Shown here: positions 12,621-26,263 of the stretch, one piece after another | How the letters are laid out: every line of letters begins with the position of its first letter | Numbering within the stretch: the stretch's first letter is position 1 | From: Mobula hypostoma | Lineage: Eukaryota | Reading direction: 5' to 3' | Assembly (NCBI RefSeq): GCF_963921235.1 | Contig: NC_086108.1 | Coordinates: forward strand, 62,186,001 to 62,250,000 | Length of the DNA stretch: 64,000 bases | Notes under the pieces: generated by a model | What the model was told of the DNA's origin: nothing | The model's database searches: none | The model's input: only the letters and a program-made list of their open reading frames with translations | Program-made: the position numbers and the translations under genes

Positions 12621-13489
12621 CAGGTTGAGTACCCATTATCTGAAATGCTTGGGGGTGGAAGTGTTTCGGATTGCAGATCTTTTCGTATTTTGGAATCACT
12701 ATTATTTCAGACTCTGAATTTATGTACAACTGGTAACCAGTCTTTGTTTTATTCTTGTTCATCACACGTATGTACTCAGCAGTAAAAATCATTACATACT
12801 GTTAATATAATGAAAACATAATGTGTGCCGGGTAACAGCACAGCAGCATCAGAAGAGAAGCTGAATCAGCTGCTGAACGACAAACAACGGCAGGATTGTT
12901 TCCACCTATGATGCCGTATTTTGATTAAAAGGAAACGGTACACTGTATTTGTATTTTACTATTTTTTAGGTCTTATATGAGAACAATCAGCATTGTTGTG
13001 ATGTTAGATTCTCATCAGTGAGGATCTTGGTGAACTCATCAATTTATTTTTCTGCTGATTCATGATCAGCAGATGCTTTAAAAATGTAATGCCGTGCCTT
13101 TTCTAAAATTTCTGCAACCAACCCACTGAATATTCACATTACTTTCAATTTTCAGTTTGTCATGATAGATCTTTGCTTGTTTCGTGGTCAGTATACCGTT
13201 AAGTGGCATATGTTCACTCTGACACTGACAAATCCACTCTTTCAACACACAATCGAGATCTTCATTTTTTGATTTATGCGTTTTTACTATTTTCCTTAAC
13301 TTCTCTTCATTACAGATGTGAAGTCACTTCTCAGAACTGTCTGTGGTGCACAGAGACCTGCGTATTGCCTGGGAACTTTCCCAGCGCCTTGCGGGATTTT
13401 CCATTTGTGACGATTTGTCAATGCTCAAAAAAATTTCGAATTTCAAAGGTTTTGGATTTTGGATTTTTGGATAAGGGATACTCAACTTG
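12621..13489 (-). mobile_element. Tigger/pogo DNA transposon (Tigger4/Zombi-like), internally deleted
   Basis: TIRs TA|CAGGTTGAGTACCCATTATCTGAAA ... GGATAAGGGATACTCAACTTG|TA. Internal minus-strand CENP-B HTH remnant KNEDLDCVLKEWICQCQSEHMPLNG...KQAKIYHDKL...GWLQKF*KRHGI. Confidence 0.88.
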
Positions 13490-14806
13490 TATAAGGACTG
13501 GACACTTCTAAGTTTTATCTCTTTGACTCAGATTTTCCCTTTTTGTACGTGCTGCCCTGCTCCACATGGCCATATCCTTGTCATTAACAACACATTAAAC
13601 AGTCAAAGAAGCTTAACTTGATTGACTGCTTCATTAGGAAATCCTGTCACAACCTATCAAAGAAATTCCCTTTATTCCACCTATTCCCTTCTCCCCACTT
13701 CCTCTGCTTTGTCAAATTGTTTCTCTTTCTCAGTTCTGATGAACGATTCTGAGCCTAAAGCTCCAGCTGTTCACCTTTCCATAGATGCTGCCTGGCCTGA
13801 TATTTCCAGCAATTTCTGTTTTTCTCAATATCAGATTTCCAGCATCTACAGGTTTTTGATAGATATTTTATTTGTTATGAAGAGCAATCCAATTACTCAC
13901 ACTACCCCTATGCATTCTCCATATCCATTCGAAGATTTTATCCTCTTTACATCAGTATTGAATCTGGGCCCAGCAACCCCAGTGGATACTTTCACTGCTG
14001 TGCACCTAGCAGTTTCCACTGTAGGCATGTCATGCACATGGAAAAGCACAAATATATTTCTCAACATGCACACAATGTGCATGAAAGTGTCATTTGCAAA
14101 CTATAAAAAATTTTATGCTATAAATTAATCATGTAATGCATAACAAAGTTCCATTATGCAACTGAATTTCTCATGCAGTTTTTCCATATTCTCTCAATAT
14201 TCATGGCTTCATGCACACCTAATCTCTTTTGGTCTAACAAAAATAATCTTCTCCAGTCCACCTGCATAAATATAACCCTCAGTCTCAATTTTGCACTTCA
14301 AAGTTTCAAAAACTTTCTTGAATTTTCAAAGGGCAGCCAAGTAAGATACAGCATAAAAGGTTACCATATAACTTAAATATATATACAGTGTATTAGGAAG
14401 AGAAGTAGCTGCCTAACAAAAAAACAAGACATCAGGATAAATACAACATTTTCAGCATAGCAATCCATCAGATACAAATTATTAACAATCTACATTAATG
14501 ACTTAGATAAAAGGATCAAATCTAGTGTTGGCAAATTTGTTGACAATAAAAAGATAGGTGGGAAAACAAATGAGATAGCAGCTAATTAGGATGAGAAATA
14601 GAGACTGTTGTAAAAGAGTGGTGTATTTCAGTAGGTGATTGTTGCTATGACTCTGTAGCACAATATTGATACTACACCTGAAATGCTGCATACAGCTTTG
14701 GCCCAGTGAAGGTCTTATAAAAGTTCATCAACACAAAATAACGATGTTTCTCTTGTTACACATGCTGTCAAACCTGTTGAGTACAGCCAGCATTCCCTAT
14801 TTTTAA

Positions 14807-16975
14807 ACCATAAGACCATAAGATACAGGAGCAGAATTAGCCATTTGGCCCATGGAGTCTGCTCCGCCATTTCATCATGGCTGATCGATTTTTCCTCTCA
14901 GCCCCAATCTCCTGCCTTCTCCCAGTATCCCTTTGTGCCCTGACCAGTCAAGAATCTATTAACCTCTGCCTTAAATATATACAAAGACTTGGCCTCCACA
15001 GTTGTCTGTGTCAAAGAATTCCGGTTTCACCACTCTCTGGCTAAAGAAATTCCTCATCTCCATTCTAAGATGACAATCCTCTATTCTAAGGCTGTTTCCT
15101 CTGGTCTTAAGCTCTCCCACCATAGGAAACATCCTCTCCACATCCAATCTATCAAGGCATTTCACCATTTTATAGGTTTCAATGAGGACATCCCTCATTC
15201 TTCTGAATTCGAATGAATACAGACCTAGAGCCATCAAACACTCTTCATATGAGAATCTGTTTAATCCTGGAATCATTTTGGTGAACCTCCTTTGAACCCT
15301 TTCCAGTTTCCGCACATCCTTTCTAAAATATGGGGCCCAAAACTGCTGACAATACTCCGAGTGATGCCTCCCCAGTGCTTTATAAAGTCTCAACATTACA
15401 CCCTCACTTTTATATTCGGGTCCACTTGAAATGAATACTAACATTGCATTTGTCTTTCTCACCACAGACTCAACCTGCAAATTAACCTTTAGGGAATCCC
15501 ACACAATGTATTTTCTCTCCATTTAAAGAATAGTCAACACTTTCATTTCTTCGACCAAAGTGCATGACCATACACTTCCCAACACTGTATTCCATCTGCC
15601 ATTTCTTTGCCCATTCTCCTAATCTAAGTCCTTCTGTAGCCTCTCTACTTCCTCAAAACTATCTGCCCCTCCATCTATCTTTATATCGTCTGCAAACTTT
15701 ACAATAAAGCCATCAATTCCATCATCCAAATCATTGACATTTACCGTAAAAATTATCAGTTCCAACACAGACTTCTGCGGAGCACCACTAGTCACCAGCA
15801 GCCAACCAGAAAAGATTCTCTTTATTTCCACTCTTTGCCTCCTGTCAATCATCCACTGTTTTAACCATGCTAGAATATTTCCCACAATACCATGGGCTCG
15901 TAGCTTGTGAAGCAGCCTCATGTGTGGCACCTTGTCATAGGCCTTCTAAAAATCCAAGTACACAATATCAACCAGTTCTCCTTTGTCTATCCCGTTTGTT
16001 ATTTTGACAAAGAATTCCAACAGATAAGTTAGGCAACCATGCTGACTACGGCCTATTTTATCATAGGCCTCCAAGTACCCTGAGACGACATGCTTAGTAA
16101 TTGACTCCAAGATCTTCCCAACCACTGAAGTCAAACTAACTGGTCTATAGTTTCCTCTCTTCTGCCTCTCTCCCTTCTTGAAGAGTGGAGTGGCATTTGC
16201 AATTTTACAGTCTTCCACAACCATTCCAGAATCTAGTGATTCTTGAAAGAGCATTACTGCTGCTTCCACAATCTCTTCAGCCAGCTCTTTCAGAACCCTG
16301 GGATGTACACTATCTGGTCCAGGTGACTTATCTACTTTCAGTTTCTGAAGAACCATCTCTCTGGTTATGGTAACATCACACACTTCATGATCCCTGACAC
16401 CTGGAACTTCCACCACACAGCTATGTCTTCCACAGTGAAGACTGATGCAAAATATTTATTCAGTTCATCTGCCATTTTGTTGTCCCCCATTACTACCTCT
16501 CCAGCATATTTTCCAGTGGTCTGATATCCACTCTCACCTCTCTTTTACACTTTATGTATCTTAAAAAAACTTCTGGTATTCCCCTTTATTATTATTGGCT
16601 AGCTTACTTTCATATTCCATCTTTACCTTCTTAATGACCTTCTTAAAACCATTGGTTTTTAAAAGCTTCCCAATCCTCTAACTTTGTATTAATTTTTGCT
16701 CTATTATACGCCATCTCTTTGGCTTTTATGTTGGCTTTGACTTTTCGTTAGCTATGGTTGTGTATTCTTTTCTTTAGAATACTTCTTCCTCTTTGGGATG
16801 TATATATTCTGTGCCTTCCAAATTGCTTACAGAAATTCAGCCATTGCTGCTTTGTCGTCATCCTTGCCAGTGTTCTTTTCCAATCAATTCTGGCCAACTC
16901 CTCTCTCGTGCCTCTGTAATTCCCTTTACTCCACTGTAATACTGATACATCTGACTTTAGCTTCTCCGATATTTT
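14807..16975 (-). mobile_element. CR1 LINE (ORF2 RT fragments plus 3'UTR)
   Basis: ORFs 14971-15522, 15619-15930, 15946-16416 and 16748-16996 contain KSPGPD, NYRPVSLTS, VTSGAPQ.SVL and KFADD. Ends in an accataagaccataag tail. Confidence 0.92.
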
Positions 16976-17453
16976 ACAAAACTTCAGCTTCTCCAATACT
17001 TTATTAAAGCTATGATTTCTTCTTTAAGGAGGAATATATGTTCTTTGTGTTTTCATATGTTTATATATATATTCTTCGAAGAAAATTCAGCAAAAAGTTC
17101 ACCAGGTTGATTCCTAGTAAGGAGGCTATTTCTCTGAAGAATATTTGAATAAGCTGGGGCTAATACTCAGTGGACATCTGAAAAATGGCAGGTGATCATA
17201 TTGAATCACATCTGAGGGGCTTTGACAGGTAACTGCAGAGAGGGAGGTGGAACCACGGCCAACATTAAGATTGTATGATTGGCAGAGGGAGCTTGAGGAA
17301 CTGATGTTGAACTCAGAATTAGACATCGTAAAAGAACATATCCAATTAAAAATACATAACTAACTTACTTGATAGGAAGCAGAAGCATATAAAAAGGTTG
17401 TTAATACATTGCTACTAACTAAACAAAATACTTAATAGATAAGCCATACATAC

Positions 17454-17483
17454 CGACTTTTCACAGTTTTCTTTTGACGAATA
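17454..17483 (-). CDS. MYSM1: MYSM1 coding exon 5 (30-nt micro-exon)
   Basis: ttaccatag|T ATT CGT CAA AAG AAA ACT GTG AAA AGT CG|gtatgt, phase 2-2, reads (G)IRQKKTVKS(R), comparable to human SLQKTAKIM. Confidence 0.75.
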
Positions 17484-19349
17484 CTATGGTAAACACAAGA
17501 ATAAAGGTTAAGTGTGCAGCAAGAAAACAATAAGCTTCACAATCAATGACTACTAACATATTAACTCCATTTAGTTTTATTTTCACAATTAAAAAATAAA
17601 TGTTAAAAATCAAAAGTTCGTAATTTAACTGCTTATAATTTAACAGGTCTTTTCCCCTTTCCTGTAAACCCAGCTATCATCAGCTTGGGAAAATTTGCTT
17701 TAAATGTCTTACTCCTGCTCGATAGAATTGTTTGACCTCCATTCAGCAACTTTAATACATTGCATAACTAAGAACAGGAACACAGTATATCAATATCAGA
17801 TCTTCTCAAACTAAAATGCTGATTGATGATCTGCCTTAGTACCGCATAGCTAAATGCTTCTCTTGATCTGCAACTTCACCCAACAAAAATAACTAGTAAA
17901 ATGTCAATAGATTCTTTTCTTTATGAGAGTTTAGCTCTTCCAGAAGTTCATCGATACAGTAATAATCTCCATCAAATAAAATCTAGTTTCCAGTAAAGCA
18001 ATGGTGTATCTTTAGAGTCTATTAAACATGGTTTAAATTAGAAAACTATTTTTGCATGAATAAATGAATACTTCCATTTAAAGTTGGAGGAGGTGAAAGA
18101 GAAATATTTATCTTTTGTAATGAATTATTCATCTTCCTTCTCCTGGCACCCCCTATGCAGGTTCAAATCAAAGTCAAAAAGAGGGCTTTCAGCATGAATG
18201 CAAAAAAGCTACTTCAGTTGTGGAGACATGCCATCCACTGCTGAATTTTCAAACCAGTAACAAGAATGAAACTTGCCAGAAAGTACTCAGTTTTAGCCAG
18301 TCGGGGATACACACATCGAAAAGCCTTATGGTAATTTCTCCCTTCAATTAAATGCTAAACTTTGTAAAGCATGCTGTACACTTAAAAGGTTGTTATGTTC
18401 ATCACAAGACTGATTTATTATTAAATATTCAGATGCAGGATGAACTTCATATTCACATACGTAACAGTTCTAACTTGAAAATATGTAATTACAGTTCAAC
18501 GGCCAGTACAAATGAAATGATTTATCATCACAGAAGTAAACATAATCTTTCCTATGTCTGTACTAGAGATGTATTCTTCCCAACAATTAATTGCAAATTA
18601 GGAATTCTGTTTCTTCTCCTCAACAAAAACATTTCAGCGAATGAAATTAGTTCAATCAAATACTAAAAACAATAAATTACCAGCCATGTAATAAAGAGTG
18701 AAAACAACATATGAGCAACAAAATGCAAGAGGAACTCAGCAGGTCAAGCAGTATCTGGGGAAATAACCTGTCAACCTTTCAGGCAAAGACCCTTCAACTT
18801 TGTGTTTACAGTACATAGTCACAACCATCGAGGAAAGCAAACTCAGCAAATGTGGAAAATGACTGGACAAATAACAAATTCAACCTACAAAATACTAAAT
18901 ACATTGCTCCAGGCTTAATGATGAACAGATTTTTTCTATCCATGTACTCACATTAAGTTGTGCAAGCAATAGTCAAATTTGGGGGGGGTGGGGGGGCTAA
19001 GGGTTGTAATAGGGAGCTCTACAGAACTAAAGCCAACTGATTCAAAGAATCCGAACAATAAAAATAACCAGTTTACCTTGGAATGGAGATATTCATAAAT
19101 ACTATATGCAAATTTCTTTTCAATGTGTGTTGTCATGATGTCAGAGAGAATAAATGCACAGAGCAAGATTCTGTGTGCTCACAGTCATAACTTCTGTCCA
19201 AATAAGTTTCTAATCATTGTTATTTCTCTATAGAAAAATATCGATGTGGCCAATTGAAGCCAGGTTTGTTTGCTCTAGGACAGCTAACTGTAGACATACT
19301 ACAGCAATAAAGAAAAGATTATTTTTAAATGATATTCGTGGTCATATAA

Positions 19350-19665
19350 TGTTAGGGTGGCACAATGATGTGGCTACTAGAGTCACTGACCCAGAGCTTC
19401 AATAACACAGGTTCAAAACCGACCTCTGGTATTGATTGTGGAGGTCCACGTGTTCCCCCTGTGACAGTGCGGGTTTCCCAGTTTCCTCCCAAGAAAGAGA
19501 ACCTTAGAAAGTTAACTGATGAATGGTAGAATCTAAGGGGAAGCTGATGGGAATGTGGGGAGAAAATGGGTTACGGTAGGATTATCTTAAAAATGGATAT
19601 GTAATGGTTGGTGTGGAGGATGAAGGACTTGTTACTTTACTGTTTCCCTCTCTCTATGACATGGT
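19350..19665 (+). mobile_element. HE1/V-SINE-like tRNA-derived SINE
   Basis: GGTGGCAC..(A box)..GGTTCAAAACC (B box)..GTGGAGGTCCACGTGTTCCCCCTGTGAC..GGGTTTCC core, with a CR1-like tail. Confidence 0.6.
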
Positions 19666-19687
19666 GACTTAGTGAATTGCCCTAAAG

Positions 19688-19767
19688 CACGGATTCCCAA
19701 CCTTTTTTATGCCGTGGTCCAATATCACTGAGCAAGGGGTCCATGGACCCCAGGTTGGCAACCCCTG
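19688..19767. mobile_element. 80-bp hAT (Charlie-type) MITE with an 8-bp TSD
   Basis: TIRs CACGGATTCCCAACCT...AGGTTGGCAACCCCTG, flanked by CCCTAAAG / CCCGAAAG. Confidence 0.8.
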
Positions 19768-21092
19768 CCCGAAAGTTACTCTGATGTTGCTTGCAACTCG
19801 CCTCCAATGGTACTTACTGCGGCCAAGAAATAATACGTGTAGAAACAGCAAAACAGAAGGAGAGTCAAATACAAGACATATCTTGTACAAATATCGGCAG
19901 CCAGATGCAAAATGATATTGGTGAAAGCCCAGTGTTACAAGAGGAAACATGAACACAAGATAGGTTTTTTAATGCACAATGCATACAAACAAATGAGCCT
20001 CATAGCTGCTACCATGTGAGCTTGTACAAACTGTTTCCTGTATAGCATAAATTGTTTGAGAAATTATGCAATAAACTTTGCAGTTCTTTTTTTCCAAATT
20101 CCAATTAATTTTCCTCCCTTCCAATATTACAGGCAGGTATAGACTGGTGCTGGAAATCCTGAATATCTCACAACAAATATAATCACTTTCAATTAAGAAG
20201 AATATTAATATTTGACTATAAAAGGTTTCATAAGCAATCTCTACCCAGGTCCTATTCAATGCCACCATGTACTCATGCCTATCTAGGATGGTTATCATAT
20301 ACTAAATTATTTTAAATTGTCCCTGTCCATTACATGGAGCACTCTGCAAATATTACTACAGTCTTCTGAGAACAGGTTATTAGAAAGAAAAACTGGCACT
20401 TCAATCTGTTTCACAATTTTCATTTACTAAAAGCACTAATTTCACAAAGGTTCTTTAAGCCAACTGGTCTTAAGCACAGATATTATCATTTCTTTCATGT
20501 TGTTAACTCAAATATTGCTTTTTTGTCATTGTTAAATTTTATCAGGCAACTTTAAAAACTCAGATTTCATTAACACTCAAGTATTCATTTTTGAGCACTA
20601 CTAGCAAGGCCTGCATTTACTAACCATCTGTAACTCCCCTTGAGAAGACAGTTGCAATCTACCTTCTTGAAGCACTGCATTCATATTGATGAAGGTATTC
20701 TATACCGCTGTTGCGAAGGAAGTTTCAGGATTGATAAAGGAGCAGCGGTATATTTCAAAGTCAGGATGATAGGCAAGTTGAAGGGAAAGCTGCAGGTTAT
20801 TTTCTCTTGCTCTTGAAGCCCTTGTCTTGGTGATTGAGTTTGCACACTTGGAAAGCCCCATCAGATTAGCACAACTGCAGCCTATTTACTACATGGCATA
20901 TACTATAACTACTGTATGCAGATAATGGAGGAAGTGAATATTTAAAGTGGTGGATGAAATACAAATCAAATGAGCTGCTTTGATTTGCATGGTATTGAGT
21001 TTCTTGAGTATTTTTGGCACTACATTCATCCAGACAAGTGAAGAGTACTCCATCATGAAGGTGGTGGAACAAAACTTTACACAACCTCTGAT

Positions 21093-21871
21093 AACACACA
21101 TAAAAATTGCTGGTGAACGCAGCAGGCCAGGCAGCATCTCTAGGAAGAGGTACAGTCGACATTTCAGGCCGAAACCCTTCATCATAATTAACTGAAAGAA
21201 GAGATAGTAAGAGATTTGAAAGTGGGAGGGGGAGGGGGAGATCCAAAATGATAGGAGAAGACAGGAGAGGGAGGGATGGAGTCAAGAGCTGGACAGTTGA
21301 TTGGCAAAAGGGATATGAGAGGATCATGGGACAGGAGGTCCGAGGGAGAAAGAAAGGGGGGGGAGCCAGAGGATGGGCAAGGGGTATAGTCAAAGGAACA
21401 GAGGGAGAAAAAGGAGAGAGAGAGAGAGAGAAAAAAAAAATTATTATTAAATAAATAAATAACAGATGGAGTACGAAGGGGAGGTGGGGCATTAGCGGAA
21501 GTTAGAGAAGTCAATTGTTCATGCCATCAGGTTGGAGGCTACCCAGACGGAATATAAGGTGTTGTTTCTCCAGCCTGAGTGTGGCTTCATCTTGACAGTA
21601 GAGGAGGCCGTGGATAGACATATCAGAATGGGAATGGGACGTGGAATTAGAATGTGTGGCCACTGGGAGATCCTGCTTTCTCTGGCAGACAGAGCGTAGG
21701 TGTTCAGCGAAACGGTCTCCCAGCCTGCGTCGGGTCTCGCCAATATATAGAAGGCCGCATCAGAAGCACCGGATGCAGTATATCACCCCAGCCGACTCAC
21801 AGGTGAAGTGTTGCCTCACCTGGAAGGACTGTCTGGGGCTTTGAATGGTGGTGAGGGAGGAAGTGTAAGGG
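21093..21871 (-). mobile_element. Penelope-like element 3' part (GIY-YIG endonuclease remnant plus pLTR with a mutated hammerhead), 13-bp TSD
   Basis: PRQSFQVRQHFTCESAGVIYCIRC GIY-YIG motif. TSD CACAACCT(C/G)TGAT at 21080-21092 and 21872-21884. Inserted in an older LINE at ~20590-22440. Confidence 0.88.
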
Positions 21872-22529
21872 CACAACCTGTGATCTATTTTTGTATCCAC
21901 AGTATTTACTTGGATGGTCCAAATTAGTTTCTGATCAACAGTAATACTAGGATGATGGTATTGGACTGAGTAACAGCAATGCCACTGCATGGCAAATAGA
22001 ATAGGTTAGAGCCTCTCTTGATGGAAATGGTCACTGTCTATCACTTCTCTGCATTTATAAGCCCATGTATGAACATTCCCCAGGTCTTGCTAAATGCCTT
22101 TTACTGAGGAGTTGGAAATGGAATTCAACATCATGCAATTATCAGCAAACATTCGTACTTCTGGACTTGATGATGGAAACATGGTCACTGTTGAAGCAGT
22201 ATCCTGAGGAACTCCTGTAATGATGATCAGGGGGTAGGACAATCAACCTACTTTCATCTTCATTTGTATGAAGTATGACTCCAACCATCCGAGTATTTTA
22301 CCAGGGCTTCTTATTGCTGCACTCAATCAAATGCTGCCTTACTGTCAAGAATAGGCGCTCGTTCCTCATTTCTGGGATTCAGCTCTTCGGAGTGACCGTA
22401 GAAAGGTTTGGATATTAATGGTCCTCACAAAACCCAAACAGGGCATCAACAGGCAGGGTATTGGTAAAATGATAACTTCCAACACATCGGTCTGCCTTAA
22501 ATATTTAAAAAAAAAATTAGGCAACTCAC

Positions 22530-22607
22530 CCTTTCACAGATACTTTTCCTCTTTCTGGATGATCAGACCAGCTGCTTTGTGGGTATTTTTTCCCAGTTAG
22601 GTAGTAC
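22530..22607 (-). CDS. MYSM1: MYSM1 coding exon 4
   Basis: U12 branch point TTCCTTAAC, then ggatag|G TAC TAC CTA...GG|gtgagt, 78 nt, reads (E)YYLTGKKYPQSSWSDHPERGKVSVK(G) (human EYYLSKK...). Confidence 0.92.
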
Positions 22608-24604
<1,997 letters not shown>

Positions 24605-25784
24605 TCAAAGTTTTTAATCTTCTACCAATGCCAAGAGACTTAGTCACTTTCTTTTATTACTATATGTCAGAGTTTGGTGTGCATATATACAATAATATCA
24701 ACTATACTTTGAAACCTCCTAATTAAGTATAATTTTTTTAGATATTGTGATGTACTAATATAAACGTGTTATTTTTTATTATTCTAATTTTCCACTTTCT
24801 CAGGTTCAAAAGGGTAAACCACAAGATGCGTTGCATAAACTTGGTTAAAATTAACTGACATATTAGGTTAAAAGATAACCCAGTTGAAGTATTTAAAACT
24901 GAGTGGATACAAGGAAGTACTAAAGGAATATGGAACAAGGTGGAAGAGTATCTAAATTAGTCTGCCTTCGGGAAGCACGATTTTCCACAAAGGAATCAGT
25001 AATTCCTTTACCCAAAAGATGGATAACGTAAGGTTCAATGAAAATTTCAGACAAGGATTGAAGGATTTTTACAAAATAGGACTATCAGAAATTATGGATC
25101 AAAATACAGATAAGTGGATTTAGGGTGCAGATAAATTTTACCTAATTAGAACAAGCTAAGGCAGATGAAGTTCTTGGTTTCATCTTATATTCCTCAGAAG
25201 GAAAATTTAAAGAGCTTCCTTTAAAGGATATTTTCCATGAAATACGTCGGGTGTTTTAGGCAGTTAAAATAAGCATCTGAAAGTTAATTATCAAGAATTG
25301 AGCTTATATAATTTGTTCTTAATCAGCAAGTAATAAGCAATCTTAAATTTCACGACATATGTCAGTGATATTGTACCTGAATCTGATATAGGCTGTTTCA
25401 ATGTGAGTGAACATATCATGTCCACTGTGGAAACTATTTGATGTACAAGAGGTTTTTAAAATGGTAGAGCCTTTTAAAACTGAAAATAAATCTGAAAAAA
25501 GATATACAAATACTTGCAGTTTCGAGGAGTTTACAAGTCAAATGGTGCTGAAGAGAAAGGTTTAAATCTCTGGCCAAATTAAGAATGACAAAATTGCCAT
25601 ATTAAATTAAATGAATCCAATAATAAAAGCTGTCATTTCCTCACTAAACATTTATTTGTCTATTTTTCAAGTGATAATCATAGTATGTGAGCTTGGCTGG
25701 TAATGATCGGTTCATTGAACAGTTAACCAATTAAAATGGTAAAAATAAACTGATGCTTCTCAGGAATTTGTATTTTAGTCTTAC

Positions 25785-25863
25785 CAAAATGCCACTGTTA
25801 CTTCTCCAGGAAGAATCCAAATAATGGTCCTGCAGGAATCCGGGAACTGTACCACCATCCTCA
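25785..25863 (-). CDS. MYSM1: MYSM1 coding exon 2
   Basis: ttttaag|T...TTG|gtaaga, 79 nt, reads (G)EDGGTVPGFLQDHYLDSSWRSNSGIL (human LQKDHYLDSSWRTENGLI). Frame is continuous with exon 1. Confidence 0.95.
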
Positions 25864-25890
25864 CTTAAAACACAAATAATATTTTTAAAG

Positions 25891-26263
25891 CAAACACAAG
25901 GAAATCTGCAGATGCTGGAAATTCAAGCAACACACATCAAAGTTGCTGGTGAATGCATGCTCCTCTCATATCCCTTTTGCCAATTCCCCCCCTCCCGCTT
26001 TTCTTTCTCCCTAGGCCTCCTGTCCCATGATCCTCTCATATCCCTTTTGCCAATCACCTGTCCAGCTCTTGGCTCCATCCCTCCCCCTCCTGTCTTCTCC
26101 TATCATTTTGGATCTCCCCCTCCCCCTCCCACTTTCAAATCTCTTACTAGCTCTTCTTTCAGTTAGTCCTGACGAAGGGTCTCGGCCCGAAATGTCGACT
26201 GTACCTCTTCCTAGAGATGCTGCCTGGCCTGCTGCGTTCACCAGCAACTTTGATGTGTGTTGC
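25891..26263 (+). mobile_element. Penelope pLTR with an inverted terminal segment
   Basis: GCAACACACATCAAAGTTGCTGGTGAA (~25927) is the perfect reverse complement of TTCACCAGCAACTTTGATGTGTGTTGC (ending 26263). Flanked by an AATAAT(A/T)TTTTT-like duplication. Confidence 0.85.
26165..26200 (+). ncRNA. Minimal hammerhead ribozyme motif (Penelope-associated)
   Basis: AGTC-CTGACGA-AGGGTCTCGGCCC-GAAA-T-GTC-GACT. The core boxes are intact; the stem III palindrome has a C>T change. Confidence 0.72.

Noticed and set aside
17484-17520. CACTTAAC near the MYSM1 exon 5 acceptor as a second U12 branch point
   Set aside because: The intron's donor is GTGAGT (U2-type) and a polypyrimidine tract is present, so it is an ordinary U2 branch site.
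20866-21514. 208-aa and overlapping ORFs; similar peptides recur at 8144, 25912-26389 and 47718-47999
   Set aside because: These are chance translations of the Penelope pLTR and its purine/pyrimidine tract, not genes.
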